Shown here piece by piece: positions 1-11,482 of a stretch of DNA of 64,000 bases. A program made the translations under genes and the position numbers. The notes under the pieces were generated by a model. The model ran no database searches, was not told where the DNA came from, and worked only from the letters and a program-made list of their open reading frames with translations. Origin of the DNA: Eledone cirrhosa (Eukaryota); contig OZ024755.1 in assembly GCA_964016885.1 (NCBI GenBank), forward strand, positions 3,472,001 to 3,536,000. Direction: 5' to 3'. The first letter of the stretch is position 1; each line of letters starts with the position of its first letter.

Positions 1-1039
1 GTAAATATATATGTGTGTGTGTGCATATATATATATATGTATGTATATGTGTGTGTATGTATGTCTATATGTACTGTATGTGTGTAACATTTCACTTATA
101 TATATATGTGTGTGTGTGTAAATATATATGTGTGTGTGTGTGCATATATATATGTGTGTGTATGTATATGTTTGTGTATGTATGCATGTATGTATATATG
201 TCTATATGTACTGTATGTGTGTAACATTTCACATATATATATGTGTGTGCGTGTGTGTAAATATATATGTGTGTGTGTGCATATATATATATATATATAT
301 GCGTATGTATATGTGTGTGTATGTATGTCTATATGTACTGTATGTGTGTAACATTTCACTTATATATGTGTGTGTGTGTGTGTTAATATTTTGTTATGTA
401 TAAATTCATGCGTGCTCCTGTGTGTGTGTGTGTGTGTGTGCGTTCGCGAATGTATATATGTCTGTCTGTCTATCTGTTTGTGAATATGTATGTATACATG
501 TATGTGTATGTGTGTGTGTATGTATATGTGTATGTGTGTGTGTGTGTAAATGTATATATGCATGTGTGATTGTATATATGTATGTATGTGTGTATGTATA
601 TGTGTGTATGCGTGCGTGTGTATATGTGTGTGTATGTATGTGTGTGTGTGCATGTATGTATGTGTGTATATGTGTGTGTGTGTGTATGTAGGTGTGTGTG
701 TGTGTATGTATATGTGTATGTAGGTGTGTGTGTCTACAACCAGATCCAGGGTGGTATTTCTTTCTGAAATACAGTCCTTTTCTAATTTACATATTTGATC
801 ATCATCATCGCCATCGCCTCCTCCCCCTCTCCCTCCTCCTCCTCATCATCACCATCTCCTCCTCCTCCTCTTCACCCCCCCTCATCATCATCATCATCAT
901 CATCATCATTACAATTGTCGTCGCCCTTATCATCGTCGTCGGCCTCGTCTTCATCGTAATGAAGGTGTACAATGCGATATCTAACTTTAAACTGCAACAT
1001 AAAAGTTATCTACTTCATGGTTGTTTTATGTCGCACAAG

Positions 1040-1815
1040 CACAACACCTTTCCGTCGTTTAGCCATGCACTCACAACATGGATCTATCACAACACCTTTC
1101 CGTCGTTTAGCCATGCACTCACAACATGGATCTATCACAACACCTTTCCGTCGTTTAGCCATGCACTCACAACATGGATCTATCACAACACCTTTCCGTC
1201 GTTTAGCCATGCACTCACAACATGGATCTATCACAACACCTTTCCGTCGTTTAGCCATGCACTCACAACATGGATCTATCACAACACCTTTCCGTCGTTT
1301 AGCCATGCACTCACAACATGGATCTATCACAACACCTTTCCGTCGTTTAGCCATGCACTCACAACATGGATCTATCACAACACCTTTCCGTCGTTTAGCC
1401 ATGCACTCACAACATGGATCTATCACAACACCTTTCCGTCGTTTAGCCATGCACTCACAACATGGATCTATCACAACACCTTTCCGTCGTTTAGCCATGC
1501 ACTCACAACATGGATCTATCACAACACCTTTCCGTCGTTTAGCCATGCACTCACAACATGGATCTATCACAACACCTTTCCGTCGTTTAGCCATGCACTC
1601 ACAACATGGATCTATCACAACACCTTTCCGTCGTTTAGCCATGCACTCACAACATGGATCTATCACAACACCTTTCCGTCGTTTAGCCATGCACTCACAA
1701 CATGGATCTATCACAACACCTTTCCGTCGTTTAGCCATGCACTCACAACATGGATCTATCACAACACCTTTCCGTCGTTTAGCCATGCACTCACAACATG
1801 GATCTATCACAACAC
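1040..1815. repeat. 48-bp minisatellite, ~16 identical copies
   Basis: Unit CACAACACCTTTCCGTCGTTTAGCCATGCACTCACAACATGGATCTAT repeated without visible variation. The array starts and ends with CACAACAC. The periodic ORFs 692-1844 are artefacts of it. Confidence 0.97.
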
Positions 1816-1977
1816 ATTTCCATAGGTGCAAAATAATTAGATAGAACTACATTAGTCGACAACAAAACTCTTTATTGAATTCCTGGCAAAACAAGGCGAC
1901 TCTACTTATATCAGAATATAAATAAAAAAATAAGATACACACAGATAGAGAGAGATAGATAGAGAGATAGATATACA

Positions 1978-2355
1978 TTTCTATTTATTTGCCACCAGGG
2001 CATCAAAGATTGGGACAAATACAAAGGGGGGAGTTTACATACATTTCAAAAGTCGTGTAAAAAACATATAATAAATTAAATTTAACAATCGAAGTCCTCA
2101 ATAGGGAGGGGGCGTTGACGTGGGTCGCACACACCCCCGAAAGAAATGTGCAACCCTCCTCTTCAGGAGCACAAAGAGCGGATGCTCCCTTCCTCTCCTC
2201 CTTCTTCTCCTTTCTCACCTACAGGCTGATATAGAGAGAAGGCCCATTCACTCGGGCCATTCTCGCCACTTTCACCCACCTTTCATAAAACTTGCTGGGG
2301 TAGAGCACCTCTCTTTCCATTCTGATCCTTCTTCTAAAGTGGTACTTGAAAAAAA
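1978..2355 (-). mobile_element. 3' fragment of a non-LTR retrotransposon (L1/Tx1-like ORF2 C-terminus plus 3' UTR)
   Basis: The minus strand encodes FFKYHFRRRIRMEREVLYPSKFYERWVKVARMARVNGPSLYISL*, then a UTR ending GGCAAATAAATAGAAA in a simple-repeat tract. A homologous UTR lies at ~40825-41047 (+). Clade assignment is by resemblance only. Confidence 0.6.
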
Positions 2356-2408
2356 AATAGATAGATATAGAGAGAAAGGTAGAGAGAGAGAGAGAAAGGT
2401 AGAGAGAG

Positions 2409-2452
<44 letters not shown>

Positions 2453-2533
2453 ATCACTATTAGAGAAAGGCGAATTTAAAGAATTAAATAAACTGTAAAA
2501 CGATGAATTAAAAAAAGAAAAGTTAATGTAATG

Positions 2534-2605
2534 AGGTCTCACCGGGATTTGAACTCGGATCGCTGGATTCAAAGTCCAGAGTGCTAACCATTACACCATG
2601 AGACC
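2534..2605 (-). tRNA. tRNA-Gln (TTG)
   Basis: GGTCTCATGGTGTAATGGTTAGCACTCTGGACTTTGAATCCAGCGATCCGAGTTCAAATCCCGGTGAGACCT is a 72-nt full cloverleaf with A/B boxes. A T-run terminator lies ~13 nt downstream. Confidence 0.97.
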
Positions 2606-2792
2606 AATTACACTGTAGCATGTATGGCTAATAATATTAAAGATGATAAACATTAGCACAGTAAGATGTCTGGGATAAACTCGAGTTCAGTTTATTAACT
2701 AGATTCTCCAATCTGTAAAAGTTTCCAATATTCCAGTTACAATGTTGTCAACATTTGATTGTATAACAATTGAACTTAAATAAATAAATAGA

Positions 2793-3252
2793 CAATGGTT
2801 TCTGATTTAGGGACAAGGCCAGCAATTTGAGGAGAGGAAAGTCGATTAAATCGACCTCAGTATGTTACTGGTACTTTATTTTACCTACCCTGTAAGGATG
2901 GAAGGCAAAGCTAACCTCGACGGGATTTGAACTCAGAACTCAGATTGTAAAGGGCGTAACTCTATGCCATAAAACATGTTGTCCGACGCTCTTCCGACTA
3001 CTGCTAATCCACTGCTCCTAATATATGATGATTGTTTCTACTTTAGGCACAAGACCAGCAATTTTGGAGAGAGGGGTAAGTCGGTTAAAGCGACCAGTGC
3101 ATTACTGGTACTTTATTTTATCGACTCCATAAGGATGAAAAGCAAAGCTAACCTCGACGGGATATGAACTCAGAACTCAGATTGTAAAGGGGCGTAACTC
3201 TATGCCATAAAACATGCCCGACGCTCTACCGATTACTGCCAAATCATCGCCA
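2793..3252 (-). mobile_element. Two tandem copies of a tRNA-derived SINE (family A)
   Basis: Each copy carries the reverse complement of CTGAGTTCAAATCCCG..GAGGTTAGCTTTGCCTTTCATCCTTA..GGGTCGATAAAATAAAGTACCAG..GCTGGCCTTGTGCC, seen more than 10 times in the window. Boundaries are approximate. Confidence 0.85.
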
Positions 3253-3366
3253 TGTAAGTAGGACATAACGGTAAAACCAGGCAGAAAATGAAACAATTCA
3301 ATAAGTTATGAAAACACTTAACTACACTTGACAGCTTACTGTGTCAATGCTTAGCTTTCACAAAGC

Positions 3367-3438
3367 GGTCTCATGGTGTAATGGTTAGCACTCTGGACTC
3401 TGAATCCAGCGATCCGAGTTCAAATCCCGGTGAGACCT
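3367..3438 (+). tRNA. tRNA-Gln (CTG)
   Basis: Same 72-nt body as 2534-2605 but the anticodon loop is CT-CTG-AA. TTTT follows at ~3450. Confidence 0.97.
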
Positions 3439-3517
3439 TAGTACCGCCATTTTGTATGTACAGTGTTTATTTTATTTATTTATTCATTTTTGGGGGCAAA
3501 ACAAGATATACACAAAA

Positions 3518-3711
3518 TAATTGTTTCTACTTTTGACACAAGGCCAGCAATTACCCCAGTGCATTACTGGTACTTTATTTTATCGACCCCGTAAGGATGA
3601 AAGGCAAAGATAACCTCGGCGTGATTTGAACTGAGATCGTAAAGGGCCGTAACTCTATGCCGCACAGCATGTTGTCCGACGCTCTACCAATTACTGCCAA
3701 TCCACCGCCCT
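3518..3711 (-). mobile_element. SINE family A copy
   Basis: Reverse complement of the SINE head (GGGCGGTGGATTGGCAG..), B box and core, ending in AAAAGTAGAAACAATTATT. Confidence 0.85.
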
Positions 3712-4589
3712 TCTAATATATGATTAATAATAAAGAGTGATAAACATTTGCTCATTGACCTCCTTACTAGTGGTAAACATTATTTATTGGACTTGGATCA
3801 AGTAGAGAGAGTAGGTGTGTAGGTGTGTAGGTGTGTGTGTGTGTGTGTGTGAGTGTGAGCGGGTGTCTACGTGTGCGTGTGTGAGTGTGTGTATATGTGT
3901 ATATGTGTGTTGTGTGTGTGTGAGAGAGTGAGAAGGAGAGGCGGTGACAGAGAGAGAAAGAGAGATAGAGAGATAGGGAGAAAGTGAGACAGAGAGATAG
4001 AGAGAAAGAGAGGGAGAGAGAAAGAGAGAGGAAAAGAGCTGGGGAGTGAGACAGTGAACGAGAGATAGAAAGGGATGAGAAATCGAGATGAATAGAGAGA
4101 GATAGGGAAAGAGAGAGGGAGAGCGCGCGCGAGAGAGAGAGGGAAACAGAGAGAAAGAGATAGATAGATAGAGAGAAAGAGAAAGATAGAGAGGGAAAAA
4201 GAGAGAGGGAAAGATCGAGAGAGGGATAGATAGAGAAAGAGAGAGAGAAAGAGAGAGTAGAATTATTTCATAATGTAATTGAAGCTGTTGACAAACGTGG
4301 AAGAAGTAATTTGAGCGGTTTTACATTCAAATCTAAATATAGAGTGATTCGGCAGCTGATACAACACGTTCTCTTGTTATACCAAATATACTAAACTAAA
4401 ATATCTAGTTACTATCAACTTACTACCAGCTATTGCATCAGTACAAACCACAGACGTTGTCGTTAATTATTTAGTCCAATTCACCGTAGTTAATTATTTA
4501 TTATTTTAAACAGAAATAAATATATATTATCTAGAGCAGATAACATCCCGGGGGTTTATATAGTTAAATTAACGCTACTTTAGCAGGTT

Positions 4590-4662
4590 GGGGAATTAGC
4601 TCAGATGGTAGAGCGCTCGCTTAGCATGCGAGAGGTACCGGGATCGATGCCCGGATTCTCCA
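4590..4662 (+). tRNA. tRNA-Ala (AGC)
   Basis: GGGGAATTAGCTCAGATGGTAGAGCGCTCGCTTAGCATGCGAGAGGTACCGGGATCGATGCCCGGATTCTCCA has the G3:U70 Ala identity pair and a downstream T-run. Confidence 0.97.
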
Positions 4663-4808
4663 GTGAGACAGTAGCTCTCTTTTTATTAGTTTTTTCTTTT
4701 CTTTATTATTATTATTATATTTTTTCATTTTGAACAAATAAATATATTATCTAGAGCAGATATCATCCCGAGGTTTATAATGTTAAATTAACGCTGAAGT
4801 GTCAGGTT

Positions 4809-4881
4809 GGGGAATTAGCTCAGATGGTAGAGCGCTCGCTTAGCATGTGAGAGGTACCGGGATCGATGCCCGGATTCTCCA
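4809..4881 (+). tRNA. tRNA-Ala (AGC)
   Basis: Same body with one C>T in the anticodon stem (ATGTGAG, giving a G:U pair). The 5' flank is duplicated from the 4590 copy (TATTATCTAGAGCAGATA..CATCCCG..GTTAAATTAACGCT). Confidence 0.96.
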
Positions 4882-4989
4882 CTTCTCTTTTTATTGGTTT
4901 TTCTTTTCTTTATTTTTTCTTTATTTTTTCTTTATTATTATTATTATTTTTTTTCCAATTATATTTATGTTTCATTTTAGTTCATTGTT

Positions 4990-5155
4990 GCGACGTGTGT
5001 AGCTTGGTGGTTAGGTTTTTCGGTTCACGATCGAAAGGTTATGAATTCGTTTTCTGCCCGCGCACCTGACGGCATGTTATGTCCTTGAGCAAGATCACTG
5101 GAGCGACGTGAAATAAAGCGTCTTGCTGAAGAACACAACGTGCTGCCTGGTGCGA
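4990..5155. mobile_element. Degenerate fragments of a second tRNA-derived SINE (family B), two opposed pieces
   Basis: A tRNA-like head followed by GTCCTTGAGCAAGA, then the reverse-orientation GTCTTGCTGAAGAACACAAC. Related to 23460-23820. Confidence 0.5.
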
Positions 5156-5301
5156 CCAAGTAACGAACTCGATATAAACCGCCACAATAAATTAAAACTA
5201 AACATTAAAAAAATACAAATTAAAATTAAACATAAATACGTTTTATAAATAAAAAAATACCACAATACAAATAGATATCAAAACGAGAGCTACTGTCTCA
5301 C

Positions 5302-5374
5302 TGGAGAATCCGGGCATCGATCCCGGTACCTCTCACATGCTAAGCGAGCGCTCTACCATCTGAGCTAATTCCCC
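5302..5374 (-). tRNA. tRNA-Ala (AGC)
   Basis: Reverse complement of the 4809-type body. Its 3' trailer GTGAGACAGTAGCTCTC is identical to that of the 4590 copy. Confidence 0.96.
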
Positions 5375-5417
5375 AACCTGTCTAAGTACTGTTAATATAA
5401 CTATATAACTATATAGA

Positions 5418-5535
5418 TCTGAGTTCAAATCCCGCCGAGGTTGACTTTGCCTTTCATCTTTACGGGGTCGATAAAATAAAGTACCAGTAATGCACTGGGT
5501 ACTTGCTGGCCTTGTGCCTAAAGTAGAAACAGTTA
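5418..5535 (+). mobile_element. SINE family A, 5'-truncated
   Basis: TCTGAGTTCAAATCCCGCCGAGGTTGACTTTGCCTTTCATCTTTACGGGGTCGATAAAATAAAGTACCAG..., flanked on both sides by GTTAATATAACTATATAACT (possible target-site duplication). Confidence 0.85.
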
Positions 5536-5654
5536 ATATAACTATATAACTCTATTAACCCTTATATATTTTTATTTCTGTTATGGAAAAGCCTGTCTCT
5601 TTCTACTGTATTAAAGATATCGAAAGCTGTAGTAACAGAACAAAGATGATCTTT

Positions 5655-7300
5655 TACTGCGGCCCACCTTATCTTTTACTGCGGACCACCATATCTGTTA
5701 CTGTGGCCCACCTTATCTGTTACTGTGGCCCACCTTATCTGTTACTGTGGCCCACCTTATCTATTACTGTGGCCCACCTTATCTGTTATTACGGCCCACC
5801 TTATCTGTTACTGCGGCCCACCTTATCTGTTACTGCGGCCCACCTTATCTGTTACTGCGGCCCACCTTATCTGTTACTGTGGCCCACCTTATCTGTTATT
5901 ACGGCCCACCTTATCTGTTATTACGGCCCACCTTATCTGTTACTGTGGCCCACCTTATCTGTTACTGCGGCCCACCTTATCTGTTATTACGGCCCACCTT
6001 ATCTGTTACTGTGGCCCACCTTATCTGTTACTGTGGCCCACCTTATCTGTTATTACGGCCCACCTTATCTGTTACTGTGGCCCACCTTATCTGTTACTGT
6101 GGCCCACCTTATCTGTTACTGCGGCCCACCTTATCTGTTATTACGGCCCACCTTATCTGTTACTGTGGCCCACCTTATCTGTTACTGTGGCCCACCTTAT
6201 CTGTTACTGCGGCCCACCTTATCTGTTACTGTGGCCCACCTTATCTGTTATTACGGCCCACCTTATCTGTTATTACGGCCCACCTTATCTGTTACTGTGG
6301 CCCACCTTATCTGTTACTGCGGCCCACCTTATCTGTTATTACGGCCCACCTTATCTGTTACTGTGGCCCACCTTATCTGTTACTGTGGCCCACCTTATCT
6401 GTTACTGCGGCCCACCTTATCTGTTACTGTGGCCCACCTTATCTGTTATTACGGCCCACCTTATCTGTTATTACGGCCCACCTTATCTGTTACTGTGGCC
6501 CACCTTATCTGTTACTGCGGCCCACCTTATCTGTTATTACGGCCCACCTTATCTGTTATTACGGCCCACCTTATCTGTTACTGCGGCCCACCTTATCTGT
6601 TACTGCGGCCCACCTTATCTGTTACTGCGGCCCACCTTATCTGTTACTGTGGCCCACCTTATCTGTTATTACGGCCCACCTTATCTGTTATTACGGCCCA
6701 CCTTATCTGTTACTGTGGCCCACCTTATCTGTTATTACGGCCCACCTTATCTGTTACTGTGGCCCACCTTATCTGTTACTGTGGCCCACCTTATCTGTTA
6801 CTGCGGCCCACCTTATCTGTTATTACGGCCCACCTTATCTGTTACTGCGGCCCACCTTATCTGTTACTGCGGCCCACCTTATCTGTTACTGCGGCCCACC
6901 TTATCTGTTACTGCGGCCCACCTTATCTGTTACTGTGGCCCACCTTATCTGTTATTACGGCCCACCTTATCTGTTACTGCGGACCACCTTATCTGTTACT
7001 GTGGCCCACCTTATCTGTTATTACGGCCCACCTTATCTGTTACTGCGGCCCACCTTATCTGTTACTGTGGCCCACCTTATCTGTTACTGCGGCCCACCTT
7101 ATCTGTTACTGTGGCCCACCTTATCTGTTACTGTGGCCCACCTTATCTGTTACTGCGGCCCACCTTATCTGTTACTGCGGCCCACCTTATCTGTTATTAC
7201 GGCCCACCTTATCTGTTACTGTGGCCCACCTTATCTGTTACTGCGGCCCACCTTATCTGTTACTGTGGCCCACCTTATCTGTTACTGTGGCCCACCTTAT
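5655..7300. repeat. 22-bp minisatellite, ~75 copies with three interspersed unit variants
   Basis: GGCCCACCTTATCTGTTA followed by CTGC, CTGT or TTAC. The long ORFs in all three + frames are artefacts. Confidence 0.97.
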
Positions 7301-7400
7301 GACCCTCCACACCAGGATCAGACCCAGCCACCCTTAATTATAGAACATTGATACCCACTATTTTATTACTAATTTACTCCCCATCCCCATATTATATAAT

Positions 7401-7440
<40 letters not shown>

Positions 7441-7475
7441 TATATGTGTGTGTGTGTATTCATTCAGTCAGTCAT

Positions 7476-7680
7476 TCTTCTTCTTCTTCTTCTTCTTCTT
7501 CTTCTTCTTCTTCTTCTTCTTCTTCTTCTTCTTCTTCTTCTTCTTCTCAGAGTGTCATGGCAGCAGAGTCCGCAAACACTCCTTCCAGTGGGACCTCTCA
7601 GAAGCAACCACCCCCAACTGATCCGGCTGGATCCCCAAGCAAGACCAGCCAAGCTCAAGGATGTTATACACGGTCCATGG
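7476..7680 (-). mobile_element. 3' end of an RTE-clade (Expander/Rex3-like) LINE with (GAA)n tail, degenerate
   Basis: The minus strand reads WTVYNILELGWSCLGIQPDQLGVVASERSHWKECLRTLLP*HS and then (GAA)n. This resembles the RTE C-terminus W..LGI.PE.L..VA.ER..W...LR.LPPR. Confidence 0.7.
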
Positions 7681-8156
7681 AATAAAATTACTGGAATTTA
7701 TTACAATTTTGAAATAAAATGTTTTAATCATGTCCTAACGTGATCAATTCAACCATTTCAAACCCTTACGTTTCGTTAACATTTGACCAACTTTTGCTCC
7801 TAAAATTATTTATTATAGTCGTCTAGCAATTACTATTGATAACTGTCGATCATGTACTTAGTTTGGTTAAATGATTTCTTCTCACGATCCGATAGGTTTT
7901 GGCTTCAAATCAAATTATAATCTTGTTTCTCTTTATTAAAAACTAACAATTCTAGTGATGGTTTCTTCACCTGAACTTCAAGCTACGTTATCATTCAAAC
8001 AAGAATTGCTGTGTCATTGGAAAATATAACATTCAAAATATTAATAAAAGAAGTGAATTATTAATATCCAGTTATCGGGTGATATCACTTTTCAAAATAG
8101 AATTGTAATGTCTCCTGTCTAGATATGAATTATAACATTCAAAAGATATAAAACAT

Positions 8157-8445
8157 AGGCGGTAACATGGCAGAGTCGTTAGAACCTCCTCGGATAGAAT
8201 ACTTTGTGGTATTCGTTCCATCTCTCTACTTTCGTCAGTGGAAATCCTACCGACGTTAACTTCGTCTTTTATCCCGTGTTACGGTCTTTTATGATCTGAT
8301 TTCAAATCCCGCTGCGGGTAATTTTGCCTTTCATCCATACGGAAGTCGATGAAATGAAATACCAGTATCTCTCTGATGTCGATTTAATCGGTTTCCCCCC
8401 TCCTTCCTCAATATTGTTGGTTTTGTTCCTGAATAAAAAAACAAC
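8157..8445 (+). mobile_element. Old SINE family A copy with internal duplication
   Basis: AGGCGGTAACATGGCAGAGTCGTTAGAAC head, with two degenerate B-box/core segments. Confidence 0.65.
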
Positions 8446-8694
8446 TATTATTTATATAATTACTGTTGTTAAATATATGTAACAAAACAAAACAGGAATT
8501 TATCTCTTCAAATGTTAATTGTCCGTCATATATAATTACATGTATTCCTTTCGTCATGTGAATTATCTGTGATTTTCTAGTCCTGCAATGACTTCACCAG
8601 TTTCAATGTCAAAATGTAAATTATGAAACACCGTCATCGTGTTTTATTATATACTCAATTAAATCGCAAACACATTTCTCAAAAAAGTTTAATT

Positions 8695-8767
8695 TGGAGA
8701 ATCCGGGGATCGAACCCGGTACCTCTCACTTGCGAAGCGAGCGCTCTACCATCTGAGCTAATTCCCC
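8695..8767 (-). tRNA. tRNA-Ala (CGC)
   Basis: GGGGAATTAGCTCAGATGGTAGAGCGCTCGCTTCGCAAGTGAGAGGTACCGGGTTCGATCCCCGGATTCTCCA has anticodon CGC, a canonical TTCG T-loop and a T6 terminator ~8 nt downstream. Confidence 0.96.
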
Positions 8768-8824
8768 ATTTAATTTGAAACGATAAATCTGAATCTATAT
8801 ACTTAAATACAACCCAAGGCCTTC

Positions 8825-9838
8825 TTACTCCGGTTGGAGGAACCCCTTCCCTGGTTGACCTCCATCCAATCCAATCCGGGACCTTCTCACCCCTGCTCGA
8901 AGAACCCCTCCTTGGTTGACTTTCACTGCTTTCTGTTTGGTCTCGGTCATGTCAGGAGTGTAGTTGTACTCAGCACGCTTGACCAATTGCAGGTTGGTGA
9001 GGCTATTTAACCCATAGTTGGGCTGGATGGCTGTTGGCTTTGAGGAGTTCATCCACCCTTTTAACAGCTCTTGTTTTTTGTACTGCAGTTGTTCCACTTA
9101 CTCTCCCCACCAGATCCTTGTCTGGTGGGGAGCCGGTTTAGTCACCGACTACTCGGCCTTGAAGCAGGTTGTACTGGGCTACATGGTACCAATAGCAGGT
9201 TGTACTGGGCTACATGGTACCAATAGCAGGTTGTACTGGGCTACATGGTACCAGTAGCAGGTTGTACTGGGCTACATGGTACCAGTAACAGGTTGTACTG
9301 GGCTACATGGTACCAATAGCAGGTTGTACTGGGCTACATGGTACCAGTAGCAGGTTGTACTGGGCTACATGGTACCAGTAGCAGGTTGTACTGGGCTACA
9401 TGGTACCAGTAGCAGGTTGTACTGGGCTACATGGTACCAATAGCAGGTTGTACTGGGCTACATGGTACCAGTAGCAGGTTGTACTGGGCTACATGGTACC
9501 AGTAGCAGGTTGTACTGGGCTACATGGTACCAGTAGCAGGTTGTACTGGGCTACATGGTACCAGTAGCAGGTTGTACTGGGCTACATGGTACCAGTAGCA
9601 GGTTGTACTGGGCTACATGGTACCAGTAGCAGGTTGTACTGGGCTACATGATACCAGTAGCAGGTTGTACTGGGCTACATGGTACCAGTAGCAGGTTGTA
9701 CTGGGCTACATGGTACCAGTAGCAGGTTGTACTGGGCTACATGGTACCAGTAGCAGGTTGTACTGGGCTACATGGTACCAGTAGCAGGTTGTACTGGGCT
9801 ACATGGTACCAGTAGCAGGTAGAAGCCTGATCTGACCA
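8825..9838 (-). mobile_element. Putative 5' region of an RTE-like LINE, interrupted by a minisatellite expansion
   Basis: The minus strand CCCAGTACAACCTG..GGTGACTAAACCGGCTCCCCACCA matches 63464-63520 (+), which continues into CTAGGAGAAGGAAAACTCTGAT, a motif I associate with RTE 5' UTRs. Confidence 0.5.
9162..9820. repeat. 31-bp minisatellite, ~21 copies
   Basis: Unit AGCAGGTTGTACTGGGCTACATGGTACCAGT, with an occasional G>A variant. Bounded by AGCAGGT at both ends. Confidence 0.97.
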
Positions 9839-9992
9839 ACTTAAATACATCTAAACTACTTCACGCGAAAAAGACAAAACGTTTAATATATACAATAATT
9901 TTTATATTGAAATTCATCAGATGGAGGTTCCAAGACTTGAATGTATTGACTGTTATATATATATATATATATATATATGAATGTATTGACTG

Positions 9993-10064
<72 letters not shown>

Positions 10065-10402
10065 GGATGGCTGTGTAGTTGGTAGTTAAGGTAGGCTTAA
10101 AAATAAGAATAAGAATAAAAAGAAAGCAAGAACGGGGGGTGGGGGCCCTCATCAGTTGTTTACTGGGTGTCCCGGATATTTCAACGCTTTAAAGACAATA
10201 TATCTACCCCCAGTGCGTTCAATAACTAGGTAAGTTATTTGGAAAACTTAGGAGAGAGGGAAGGAAAATAGAAGGGAAAAGGGAAAAAGGGGAGAAAAAG
10301 AAAAACAGCGAAAAAAACCCACAACAAATCGAAGAATGTGCGAGCAACTTCTATATATATATTAGAAAAAACTTATATATTAGAAAGAAAAAAATAAGAC
10401 GT

Positions 10403-10474
10403 AGGTCTCACCGGGATTTGAACTCGGATCGCTGGATTCAAAGTCCAGAGTGCTAACCATTACACCATGAGACC
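10403..10474 (-). tRNA. tRNA-Gln (TTG)
   Basis: Body identical to 2534-2605, with a T-run terminator downstream on the minus strand. Confidence 0.97.
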
Positions 10475-11415
10475 AGCTGTCTATTTCAGCAATTTGTTAA
10501 TTATAAAATCAAGTGTAAGGGAATTTGATTTTTTTTTTTGACTGCTTAGTCAAGATTCACCTGTCAATCAAAAAACTATGTCATGTGTTGATTTGACAGG
10601 AAACGAACAGAACAGGTTTCTTCGTAACAGTTTCTCATTTAGGCACAAGGCCAAAAATGCTTTTTGCAGGAGGCGAAAGTCTATTAATCAATCTCACTGC
10701 GGTACTGGTACATTATTTTATCGACCCAGCAAGGATGAAAGGTAAAGCTAACGTCGGTTAGCTTAATAACGCCGCCACTTTTTTCTCTACTTAGTTATAA
10801 GAAAACTTTTTTCACAGTTGTATAAATAACATTACAAATTGCTCACAATTCTTTCTTATAAATATATATAATAAATACAATTAATTATTGCTAGGAACCT
10901 CACAAATATAACATACCAAAGTATAGAACCAGAGCGAGAGAAAGGGAAAGAAAAAAAGGAAACAAAAACAAAAACGACCATCAATTCACCACCAAGTGCG
11001 ACAATTTGCGGCACATCACAAGGGCCAACGGAATGAGGCAAACCAATACGCTCGCAGCATTGCCAACGGGTGAAGGCGAAGCTAAGTAAATATGCTTCGT
11101 TAATGAGGTTTAATAAGATCGAAACATGTCCGTTGCTTTCACCAAGCTGGATTATAGACAAGGTCCATGTACACTACATTGTCTTAGATTCTTCTAAAAG
11201 ACATGGATATAGTAATTATCTCCCTTACTTGTTTCTTATCACCTGAATACCTCTGAAGATCGATTAAAACCCTGTTAGGGGTGCTGTAGCATGGCCTCAG
11301 ACCAATGATTGAAACCAGTAAAAGAATAAAAGTATAATAAATAAATATAAGCAAATAGATTCATGTTGGTAGAGAGGCTCTCTAATGGTAAGGTAAGAGA
11401 ATGGATGATATAGAG

Positions 11416-11482
<67 letters not shown>

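Noticed and set aside
692-1844. Long periodic ORFs (e.g. Cys-rich IDPCCECMAKRRKGVV repeats)
   Set aside because: Translation of a stop-free 48-bp minisatellite, open in several frames on both strands.
5583-7351. 525-584 aa ORFs
   Set aside because: 22-bp tandem repeat open in all three + frames with the same cyclic peptide.
9915-9925. TCATCAG (CTGATGA on minus) here and at ~10148, 36134 and 62341
   Set aside because: No correctly placed GAAA and stems, so these are expected chance matches.
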